64,000 nucleotides of DNA, from positions 18,980 to 82,979 of the forward strand of contig JAZSIF010000001.1 in the NCBI GenBank assembly GCA_045533675.1, written 5' to 3'. This document shows, in pieces, positions 53,306-61,775 of the stretch (position 1 is the stretch's first letter; each line of letters begins with the position of its first letter). The notes under the pieces were generated by a model that saw only the letters and a list, made by a program, of their open reading frames with translations, was not told the origin of the DNA and ran no database searches. The stretch is from Eubacteriales bacterium (GTDB lineage: Bacteria > Bacillota > Clostridia > Oscillospirales > CAG-272). A program made the translations under genes and the position numbers.

Positions 53306-54544
53306 TCATTCCGATCGGTTTGCCAGCATCAGCTTGAGGCGATTTTCCTGATTGACGGCGGTAGCGCCCGCGTCATAGTCAATGGCAACGATATTGATAT
53401 CGGGATTTTTCTCCTTGAGCAGCCGCATCATTCCCTTTCCGCAGATGTGATTGGGCAAGCACCCAAAGGGCTGCGCGCAAACGATATTCTTCACACCCGT
53501 CTCCGACAGCTCTAACATCTCGGCGGTAAGGAGCCACCCCTCTCCCATTTTCGCGCCGATTCCGATATATCCCTTCACCAATGTCACGGTATGGTCAAAG
53601 GGCGTAGGGGCCGGGAAATCCGACCCACTCTTAATACATTCAATCAGATCCTTCTGCTTGCGCAGAAAGAAGCGGTAGACCATTCGCCAAAATCGGTATT
53701 GCTTCCTGTTCTTTCCCAAAATCTCGGTATCCATCATATTATTATAGAAACAATAGAGGCAGAAATCCAGAAGCCCCGGAACCGTAACCTCTGCCCCCTC
53801 TTTGACTAAGAATTCCTCCAAATTGTTATTTGCCAAGGGGGAATATTTCACAAAGATCTCTCCCACGATCCCCACTCGCGCCTTATGCTCCTCCGCCCGA
53901 GGAATACGCTGAAAATCCGCAAGAATCTTCGAGTAATTTTCCTTTGCCTTGCGATAGGATATCTTCCTTCCCGCGCCCAGCTCCCTTGCCAGACGTTCGG
54001 TCCACAGCTCTGCCAAAGCGTCGCTGTCCCCCTCGCGGATCTCATAGCTGCGGCAATGGTTCCTCAGAAGCATCAATAGATCGGCATAGAGAATGGCATG
54101 CAGAAGTCGGCGGATCATGGACATGGACAATCGAAAGCCCGGATGGTCCTCCAGCCCCGACAGGCTCATGGAGATCACGGGAACGTACCCGAAGCCCGCC
54201 TTTTCCAATGCCTTGCGCAAAAGATTGATGTAGTTGGACGCGCGGCAGCCGCCCCCCGTCTGGAAAAGAATCAGCGCCGTTTTATGGGGATCGTATGCCC
54301 CGCTCCGCAAGGCATCGATAAATTGACCGATAACCAATACGGCGGGATAGCAGGTGTCGTTGTGGACGTATTTCAAGCCCGTCTCCTTAATGCGCTGACC
54401 TGTGGTGGTGAGGAGCTCGGCTTTCAGCCCAAAGCTTTTGAACACCTTGCAGATGAGTGTAAAATGCATGGGAAGCATATTGGGAACCAGGATGGTATAA
54501 TCCTTTTTCATTTCTTCCGTAAAAGGAATATAATTCTTTTCCAT
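53306..54544 (-). CDS. 2-hydroxyacyl-CoA-dehydratase-related protein (activase-associated, unknown substrate)
   Basis: 412 aa with HNDTCYPAVLVIGQ, LFQTGGGCRASNY and AQPFGCLPNH, typical of the family co-encoded with BcrA/HgdC-like activases. Confidence 0.65.
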   Translation of the reverse strand: MEKNYIPFTEEMKKDYTILVPNMLPMHFTLICKVFKSFGLKAELLTTTGQRIKETGLKYVHNDTCYPAVLVIGQFIDALRSGAYDPHKTALILFQTGGGCRASNYINLLRKALEKAGFGYVPVISMSLSGLEDHPGFRLSMSMIRRLLHAILYADLLMLLRNHCRSYEIREGDSDALAELWTERLARELGAGRKISYRKAKENYSKILADFQRIPRAEEHKARVGIVGEIFVKYSPLANNNLEEFLVKEGAEVTVPGLLDFCLYCFYNNMMDTEILGKNRKQYRFWRMVYRFFLRKQKDLIECIKSGSDFPAPTPFDHTVTLVKGYIGIGAKMGEGWLLTAEMLELSETGVKNIVCAQPFGCLPNHICGKGMMRLLKEKNPDINIVAIDYDAGATAVNQENRLKLMLANRSE

Positions 54545-54555
54545 TCCGTTCCTCC

Positions 54556-57483
54556 TTACTGCTCAAGGGCGCCCAAAAGGCTTCTCAAACGAATTCGTAC
54601 CGCACCCAGATTGGTGATCTCGTCAATTTTAATTTGTGTATAGAATTTTCCCTTCTTTTCCAAAATGGATCGGACCTCGTCGGTGGTAATGGCATCCACA
54701 CCGCACCCGAAGGACACCAACTGTACAAGCTCGGCATTTTCGGTTTCCGTTACAAAGCGGGCGGCACGGTAAAGACGGGCATGGTAGGTCCATTGATTCA
54801 GCACACGCACAGGCTGACGCTCGGTCAAATGGCACACACTGTCCTCACTGACCGCACAGAACCCGAGGGAGGTCGCCAGCTTGTCAATCCCGTGTCCGAT
54901 CTCGGCATCCACATGATAGGGTCTGCCCGCCAATACCATCAGCCGCATCCCCTTCTCGCGGGCATATGCCACGGCTCTCTCTCCTTCTCGGCGCACACTC
55001 GCCATGTACGCGTCATACAGAGAAAATCCGTATTCGACCGCCCGGCGCACCTCTCCCTTTTCAATGCCTCGGAAAAAGTCGGAAAGATAACGGAAAAGCC
55101 CTCGGCAAAGCTCCTTGTGGCTATTGATATTCAGATAGGGATACAAAAACTTGACCCCCGAGAGTGCATCCATATTGCCCTGCAACAGCTCTGAATAATA
55201 TGCCACCACGGGGCAATTGTAGTGATTGTCCGAATGCTTCTCGTCAATATTATAGGAAAGACACGGATAGAACACGGCATCCACACCCTTCGCCACCAGC
55301 TCCTCCACGTGTCCGTGCATGATCTTTGCGGGATAGCAGGCGGTATCCGAGGGGATTGAGAACTGTCCCTTTTCGTAGGTCCCGCGATTGGACATATCCG
55401 ACACCACCACATGAAAACCAAGAGCCTTGAAAATCCCGTACCAAAGCGGCAGCAGCTCGTACATTCCCAGTGCCAGCGGAAGTCCCACCGTCCCCCTCTT
55501 TCCCTCATCCGAGGGATAACGTCGGGAAAGGGTGGTCAGATACTCTCTCTTAAAGGCATGGAGATTGGGGATCTCTTCTCCCGCCGCCTCAAGACCCAGT
55601 CCCTTTTGACACTGGTTACCCGAAATGAGAGGCTTGCCCTCGGAAAATTGATTGACGGTCAGGTGGCATTGGTTGGCGCACCCTTTGCATACCGTGGATT
55701 TGGAGGTATGCTCAAAGGTGGCAAGCGCCTCCTTTTTCAGAATGGCGCTTTCCGATAGGCGCATGGAATAGAGTGCCGCGCCGTATGCCCCCATCAGCCC
55801 CGCAATGGCGGGACGGATCACCTCACGCCCAAGCTCCATTTCAAAAGCGCGAAGCACGGCGTCGTTGTAAAAGGTACCGCCCTGTACCACAATATGCTCT
55901 CCCAGCTCCTCCGCGCTCCCCGCGCGGATCACCTTATAGATGGCATTCTTCACCACACTCACCGAAAGCCCTGCGGAAATATCCTCCACCGTCGCGCCGT
56001 CTCGTTGCGACTGCTTCACCGAGGAGTTCATAAACACGGTACAGCGGCTGCCCAGATTCACAGGCGCCGTCCCGAACAATCCCCGTTTGGCAAACTCGTC
56101 GATCTCATAGCCCATGGAACGGGCAAAGGTCTCGATAAAGGAACCGCATCCCGAGGAGCAAGCCTCGTTGAGCATGATGCTGTCAATGGCACCGTTGCGA
56201 ATACGGAAGCATTTGATGTCCTGTCCGTCGATGTCCAGAATAAAATCCACCGAGGGGAGAAAATGCTTGGCGGCGGTATAGTGAGCAATGGTCTCCACAA
56301 GCCCCATATCCATATGGAAGGCGTGCTTGATCAGCTCCTCCCCATAGCCCGTCACCGCACTGCCCGCAAGGGTGATACAGTCGCCGCACAGCTCGTAGAT
56401 CTTTTCAAGCTGCTCCTTGACGATGCTGACGGGATTGCCCCGATTGGAGCTGTAATATGTATAAAGCAGCTCCCGCTCCTCGGACAGAAGCACCATTTTG
56501 GTGGTGGTGCTTCCGCAATCCACACCGAGCCATGCCCGTCCACTGTATTCCTCAATGGGGCGTCTCTTCACGTCCGCCTTGAGGTGGCGGAGACGGAACT
56601 CCCCGTATTGCTCCCGATCCTCAAACAAGGGAGGAAGTCGGTTTGCGGTGGAGCCGGTGGTCAGCTGTCCTCGAATGGCTTCGATCAAGGAAGGAAGCTC
56701 AAAGAGCCTTCCCGTTTTCTCGGCATAGATCGCCGCACCCATGGCAACGGCATATCTGCCGTACTCGGGGAAGATCGCCTCCTCATCGGAAAGCCCCAAG
56801 GTCTCACGGAAGCGCTGACGAAGTCCCCGACAGTAATAGAGGGGACCTCCGAGAAAAAGCACCTTTCCGTGAATTCGTCTTCCCTGCGCCAAGCCCGCAA
56901 TGGTCTGATTGACCACCGCTTGATAGATGCTTGCCGCCACGTCCTCCTTTCTCGCTCCCTGATTCAAGAGGGGCTGAATGTCGGTTTTGGCAAACACACC
57001 GCAACGGGAGGCAATAGGATAAATTCTATGATAGTCCAAACTCACACGGTCCATTTCGTCGGCATCCAAATCGAGAAGCGTCGCCATCTGGTCGATGAAC
57101 GCGCCCGTTCCGCCCGCGCAGCTTCCGTTCATGCGCTCGTCGGTACCGCCCTCGAAGAAGATGATCTTGGCATCCTCTCCGCCCAGCTCAATGACAGCTG
57201 TGGCATCGGGCTCCATGCGCTTGACCACCTCTCCCGTGGCAAACACCTCCTGCACAAAGGGGATGTCGCATGCCTCGGAAAGTCCCAGTCCCGCCGAGCC
57301 GGAAATAGCCGCCGTAAACTGCTTGCCCTCCAAAAGAGGAGCTAGCTCGGTCAGCATCTCCAGGGCTTTGCCGCGAACCTGGGACATGTGCCGCTCATAT
57401 TTTTCGTATATAACTCGCCCGTCCTCGACCAAGACCGTTTTAACGGTGGTCGAACCAATGTCGATTCCCAACGAATACAACAT
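54556..57483 (-). CDS. fused double BadF/BadG/BcrA/BcrD-type ATPase (activase) plus dehydratase-related C-domain
   Basis: Two actin-fold ATPase starts, LGIDIGSTTVKTVLV and LGVDCGSTTTKMVLL. A Cys-rich CKGCANQCHLT..GNQCQKG segment and a roughly 350-aa C-domain follow. Confidence 0.8.
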   Translation of the reverse strand: MLYSLGIDIGSTTVKTVLVEDGRVIYEKYERHMSQVRGKALEMLTELAPLLEGKQFTAAISGSAGLGLSEACDIPFVQEVFATGEVVKRMEPDATAVIELGGEDAKIIFFEGGTDERMNGSCAGGTGAFIDQMATLLDLDADEMDRVSLDYHRIYPIASRCGVFAKTDIQPLLNQGARKEDVAASIYQAVVNQTIAGLAQGRRIHGKVLFLGGPLYYCRGLRQRFRETLGLSDEEAIFPEYGRYAVAMGAAIYAEKTGRLFELPSLIEAIRGQLTTGSTANRLPPLFEDREQYGEFRLRHLKADVKRRPIEEYSGRAWLGVDCGSTTTKMVLLSEERELLYTYYSSNRGNPVSIVKEQLEKIYELCGDCITLAGSAVTGYGEELIKHAFHMDMGLVETIAHYTAAKHFLPSVDFILDIDGQDIKCFRIRNGAIDSIMLNEACSSGCGSFIETFARSMGYEIDEFAKRGLFGTAPVNLGSRCTVFMNSSVKQSQRDGATVEDISAGLSVSVVKNAIYKVIRAGSAEELGEHIVVQGGTFYNDAVLRAFEMELGREVIRPAIAGLMGAYGAALYSMRLSESAILKKEALATFEHTSKSTVCKGCANQCHLTVNQFSEGKPLISGNQCQKGLGLEAAGEEIPNLHAFKREYLTTLSRRYPSDEGKRGTVGLPLALGMYELLPLWYGIFKALGFHVVVSDMSNRGTYEKGQFSIPSDTACYPAKIMHGHVEELVAKGVDAVFYPCLSYNIDEKHSDNHYNCPVVAYYSELLQGNMDALSGVKFLYPYLNINSHKELCRGLFRYLSDFFRGIEKGEVRRAVEYGFSLYDAYMASVRREGERAVAYAREKGMRLMVLAGRPYHVDAEIGHGIDKLATSLGFCAVSEDSVCHLTERQPVRVLNQWTYHARLYRAARFVTETENAELVQLVSFGCGVDAITTDEVRSILEKKGKFYTQIKIDEITNLGAVRIRLRSLLGALEQ

Positions 57484-57524
57484 GTAAAACTCCTTTTTCT
57501 TTCACATTTGGGCAAAGGCCTTGA

Positions 57525-59441
57525 TTACTCCAACTCAAACGCTCCCGTATAGAGCTGATAATATTTTCCCTTCTCCTCAATGAGCTTTTCGTGACTTCCC
57601 CGCTCAATGATCTGTCCATGCTCGAGAACCATGATCACGTCGGAATTTCTGACAGTGGAGAGTCTATGCGCGATCACAAAGACGGTACGTCCCTTCATGA
57701 GGGCATCCATTCCCCTCTGCACCTGCGCCTCGGTTCGGGTATCAATGGAGGAGGTCGCCTCATCCATAATCATGACGGGAGGATCCGCCACCGCCGCGCG
57801 GGCAATGGACAGAAGCTGCCGCTGACCCTGAGACAGATTGGCGCCGCCCTCGGTCAGCATGGTTTGATAGCCGTCGGGCAGACGGGTGATAAACTCATCC
57901 GCATGTGCCAGCTTCGCGGCGCGGACGCACTCCTCGTCAGTAGCGTCCAGCTTTCCATAACGGATATTTTCCATGACCGTACCCGTAAACAAATTGGTAT
58001 CCTGAAGCACAATGCCAAGAGACCGACGAAGATCGGCTTTCTTGATCTTGTTGATATTGATGCCGTCGTAACGGATTTTTCCGTCGTCAATGTCGTAAAA
58101 GCGGTTAATGAGATTGGTAATGGTGGTTTTCCCCGCACCCGTCGCTCCCACAAACGCAACCTTTTGCCCCGGCTCCGCATACAGGGTAATATCCCGAAGC
58201 ACCGTCTTTTCGGGAGTATATCCGAAGTCCATGCGCTCAATGCGAACGTCTCCCCGAAGTCGGGTATAGGTCACGCTTCCGTCCGCCGCGTGGGGGTGTC
58301 TCCATGCCCACATACCCGTGCGCTCTTCACATTCCACAAGAGTCCCGCTTTCCTCCCGAACGTTGACCAATGTCACGTAGCCCTCGTCCTTCTCGGGCTC
58401 CTCATCCATGAGAGAAAAGATCCGTCCCGCTCCCGCCATTGCCATCACAATGGAATTCATCTGCTGGGAGACCTGACTGATATTGTTGGTAAACTGGCGG
58501 GTAATGTTCAGAAACGGAAGCACCACGGCAATCCCCATTGCCTTCCCCGACAGGGAAAGGTTGGGGGCGCCCACAATGATCAATGCTCCCCCCACAAAGG
58601 CGACGAGGACGTACAGAATATTTCCGATATTTCCCATAATGGGCATCAAAATGTTGGCAAATCGGTTGGCGCTGGTGGCGTCGGCGCACAGCTGCTCGTT
58701 GACCTGATCAAAGTCCTTACAGCTCTGCTTTTCGTGACAGAAAGCCTTGACCACCTTCTGTCCGTGCATCATTTCCTCCACAAAGCCCTCGGTCTTTGCC
58801 ATGGACTTCTGCTGTCTGAGGAAGTAGTGAGCGCTCCGCCCGCCGATCTTCTTCGTGACCAGCGTCATCGCGACCACGCCGCCTGCCATCACCAGTGCCA
58901 TCCAAAAGCTGAGATACAGCATATTGAAGATCAACAACAGGAGGATCAACGCCGAACTGAGGATCTGCGGAAGACTTTGGGAAACAAGCTGGCGAAGGGT
59001 GTCAATATCGTTGGTATAATAGGACATAATATCCCCGTGAGGATGGGTATCGAAATAGCGAAGAGGAAGGGTCTCCATCTTCTTGAACATTCGTATACGG
59101 GTCTTGTGCAGAAAATCCTGGGTGACGATCGCCATAACGCGGGTGTAAACAAAGGAGGCGATCCATCCCGTGACGTAGATTGACAGCATGATGGCAACCG
59201 ACTGAAGCACTTGAACGCGGATCGATTCCCATCCGCCCCCATCCAGAGCTTTGGTGGCATAGGTGATAAAGGTAGTCAGAAACAGGCTGGCAACGGTAGA
59301 TGCCACCGAAACGAGAACTACGCAGACCGCCACAAGGATCAGTTGGGGCTTGTAATCGCGAAACAGCATCCCCAAAAGCCGCTTTAAGGTTCCTTTCTGC
59401 AAGGGAGGTCTTTTTTTCATATTCGCTTGGTTCTTGCTCAT
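57525..59441 (-). CDS. ABC exporter half-transporter (TMD-NBD)
   Basis: Walker A GATGAGKTT, signature LSQGQRQ, Walker B IMIMDEATS. Confidence 0.9.
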   Translation of the reverse strand: MSKNQANMKKRPPLQKGTLKRLLGMLFRDYKPQLILVAVCVVLVSVASTVASLFLTTFITYATKALDGGGWESIRVQVLQSVAIMLSIYVTGWIASFVYTRVMAIVTQDFLHKTRIRMFKKMETLPLRYFDTHPHGDIMSYYTNDIDTLRQLVSQSLPQILSSALILLLLIFNMLYLSFWMALVMAGGVVAMTLVTKKIGGRSAHYFLRQQKSMAKTEGFVEEMMHGQKVVKAFCHEKQSCKDFDQVNEQLCADATSANRFANILMPIMGNIGNILYVLVAFVGGALIIVGAPNLSLSGKAMGIAVVLPFLNITRQFTNNISQVSQQMNSIVMAMAGAGRIFSLMDEEPEKDEGYVTLVNVREESGTLVECEERTGMWAWRHPHAADGSVTYTRLRGDVRIERMDFGYTPEKTVLRDITLYAEPGQKVAFVGATGAGKTTITNLINRFYDIDDGKIRYDGININKIKKADLRRSLGIVLQDTNLFTGTVMENIRYGKLDATDEECVRAAKLAHADEFITRLPDGYQTMLTEGGANLSQGQRQLLSIARAAVADPPVMIMDEATSSIDTRTEAQVQRGMDALMKGRTVFVIAHRLSTVRNSDVIMVLEHGQIIERGSHEKLIEEKGKYYQLYTGAFELE

Positions 59442-61177
59442 TCAGCGTCCCCTCCCTTCGTCTGGGATTCATAGACCTCGCGGTAGATATCGCTGCTCTT
59501 CATAAGCTCCTCATGAGAGCCCATGGCAGCAATACGTCCGCCGTCCATGACAAGGATCTTATCGGCGTGCTCCACCGATGCGATCCGCTGCGCAATAATG
59601 ATCTTCGTAGTATCGGGGATCTCTTCCGCAAACGCCTTGCGAATGAGAGCATCGGTCTTGGTATCCACCGCGCTGGTGGAATCGTCGAGAATCAAAATCT
59701 TCGGCTTTCTCAGAAGCGCGCGGGCAATGCAGAGACGCTGCTTCTGACCGCCCGACACGTTGGTTCCCCCCTGCTCGATGTAGGTGTCGTACCCATCGGG
59801 AAGATTTTTGACAAATTCATCCGCCTGCGCCAGCCGACAAATGCGCTCCATTTCCTCGTCGGTGGCGTTGGGATCGCCCCAGCGAAGATTTTCCTTGATG
59901 GTTCCCGAGAATAGCACGTTCTTCTGCAACACCACCGCAACCTCCGTGCGAAGGGTATCCAGATCATAGGAACGAACGTCCTCGCCTCCCACGCGCACCA
60001 CACCCTCGGTGACATCGTAGAGACGGGAAATCAGCTGAATGAGCGAGGTCTTCCCCACACCCGTACCGCCAATAATTCCCACCGTTTCGCCCGAGGCGAT
60101 AGACAGATTGATGTCCGACAGAGCGTTCTTCTCCGCCTTCTCGGAATAACGGAAGCTGACGTTTTCAAATTCAATGCGTCCGTCCTTCACGGAGCAAACG
60201 GGATGCTCGGGATTGAGAATGGTACTCTTCTCGTTCAATACCTCGGCGATTCTCGCCGCGGAAGCCACCGAAAGCACCATCATAACAATAATCATAGAGA
60301 GGAACATCAGACTCATCAAAATCTGCGCGCCGTAGGTCATGAGCGCCGACATCTCACCAATCTCCAAAGCGCTCTGATTGCTCTTGACGATCAATCGGGT
60401 ACCGAAAAAGCAGACCGAGATCATCAGCGCGTTAAAGGAGAACTGCATCAAGGGGCTATTCAGCGCCAGTAGCTTTTCCGCCTTAGTAAAGTCGCGGGCG
60501 ACCTCCCCCGAGGCGGCATGGAATTTTTTATTTTCGTAATCCTCGCGAACGTACGCCTTGACCACTCTCATGCCCCGCACGTTTTCCTGAATCGACTCGT
60601 TGAGTCGGTCGTATTTTTTAAATACGGAGCGGAAGATAGGATGGGCACTCTTCATAATGAGGAAGAGTCCGATCGCCAGAACGGGAACGATGACCGCAAA
60701 GCAAAGGGACATGGAGGGGCTGATGATGATCGCCATGACCAGCGCAAAAATCAGCATAAAAGGACAGCGCACCGCCGTACGAATAAGCATCATATATGCC
60801 ATCTGAACGTTGTTTACGTCGGTGGTCATACGGGTAACCAGACTGGATGTAGAAAACTTGTCGATATTGGAAAAGGAATAGTCCTGCACCGCATAGTAAA
60901 GATCATGGCGCAGATTCTTGGCAAAGCCACAGGCGGCAATCGAGCAATAGTGTCCCGCAAGAATGCCAAAGGTCAGAGAAAGAGCCGCTAAAGCCACCAA
61001 TAACAAACCGTATGTTACGATGACGGAAAGATCGCCCCCCTCTTCGATCCTTGAAACAAGCTTGGCGGTCACAAAGGGAATGATACATTCCACCACTACC
61101 TCGCAGGAAACCAAAATCGGTGTTAAAACCGAGGGCTTTTTATATTCTCGTATACTTCGTGCCAATGTTTTGATCAT
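59438..61177 (-). CDS. ABC exporter half-transporter (TMD-NBD), partner of the downstream gene
   Basis: GGTGVGKTS, VSGGQKQR and ILILDDSTS. It overlaps the partner gene by 4 nt (ATGA). The start at MIKTLARS is tentative. Confidence 0.88.
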   Translation of the reverse strand: MIKTLARSIREYKKPSVLTPILVSCEVVVECIIPFVTAKLVSRIEEGGDLSVIVTYGLLLVALAALSLTFGILAGHYCSIAACGFAKNLRHDLYYAVQDYSFSNIDKFSTSSLVTRMTTDVNNVQMAYMMLIRTAVRCPFMLIFALVMAIIISPSMSLCFAVIVPVLAIGLFLIMKSAHPIFRSVFKKYDRLNESIQENVRGMRVVKAYVREDYENKKFHAASGEVARDFTKAEKLLALNSPLMQFSFNALMISVCFFGTRLIVKSNQSALEIGEMSALMTYGAQILMSLMFLSMIIVMMVLSVASAARIAEVLNEKSTILNPEHPVCSVKDGRIEFENVSFRYSEKAEKNALSDINLSIASGETVGIIGGTGVGKTSLIQLISRLYDVTEGVVRVGGEDVRSYDLDTLRTEVAVVLQKNVLFSGTIKENLRWGDPNATDEEMERICRLAQADEFVKNLPDGYDTYIEQGGTNVSGGQKQRLCIARALLRKPKILILDDSTSAVDTKTDALIRKAFAEEIPDTTKIIIAQRIASVEHADKILVMDGGRIAAMGSHEELMKSSDIYREVYESQTKGGDAE

Positions 61178-61320
61178 TGCAAACAGATATCCTCCAAAAC
61201 ATAAAACTTCACATTTGATTATAATATGATTTTTTTGCATAGGTTCGTTTTCTTTGTAAACGAACTTTTAATATTCTCGGAACTTTTTCAACATTTTGCT
61301 TGTTTGAACGGGGAGCAAAC

Positions 61321-61351
61321 ACAAAAACGGGACCGCATCTGCGATCCCGTT
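61321..61351 (-). terminator. intrinsic terminator after rpsU
   Basis: Minus strand CGGGATCGCAgaTGCGGTCCCG followed by TTTTTGTGTTTG. Confidence 0.6.
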
Positions 61352-61374
61352 GATGTTTCATTTAGAAAAGAGAA

Positions 61375-61551
61375 TTACTTATACTTTCTCTTGCGAGCGG
61401 CTTCCGACTTTTTCTTGCGCTTTACGCTGGGCTTCTCATAGTGTTCTCTCTTGCGAAGCTCGGTGAGGACGCCGGAACGAGCCATTGCTCTCTTAAAGCG
61501 ACGAAGTGCGCTGTCCAGGGACTCGCCTTCTTTCACTCTGATTTCTGCCAT
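61375..61551 (-). CDS. rpsU: 30S ribosomal protein S21
   Basis: [48 protein letters not shown]. The start is set after GGAGGGAGGG. The track adds 12 codons. Confidence 0.93.
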   Translation of the reverse strand: MAEIRVKEGESLDSALRRFKRAMARSGVLTELRKREHYEKPSVKRKKKSEAARKRKYK

Positions 61552-61601
61552 TTCTGTTTTCCCTCCCTCCGCGATTGCCAGAGACAATTAAATCGGATTA
61601 C

Positions 61602-61630
61602 ATTATACACCATCCCCTCTTTCTTGTCAA
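61602..61630 (-). promoter_or_regulatory. sigma-A promoter for rpsU
   Basis: Minus strand TTGACA, 17-nt spacer, TATAAT. Confidence 0.65.
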
Positions 61631-61775
61631 CCCCTTTTTCGAAAATTTACCGAGATTTCCTTTTCTTTTCTTCGACAGACATCAAAAATGCGGATTTTCT
61701 CTCTTTCGCCCATGGAATAAGAACCTGTGATTCTCTCATATAGTTTACCGTGAACAAATCAGAAAGGAATCAGCT

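Noticed and set aside
52933-53515. + strand ORFs 52933..53142 and 52997..53515 in the gap after the dehydratase-like gene.
   Set aside because: They cross three terminator-type hairpins, have no RBS and show junk composition. The region is better read as structured non-coding RNA or DNA.
55894-57345. 483-aa + ORF. Similar cases are the + ORFs 57591..59183, 5805..6878, 38934..39959, 42494..43459, 45751..46893 and 36210..37163, and the - ORF 47062..47997.
   Set aside because: All lie antisense to strongly supported genes (activase, ABC exporter, aminotransferase, asd, ligA, AraC, oadB, rhaB). They have biased, repeat-like composition. I treat them as shadow ORFs.
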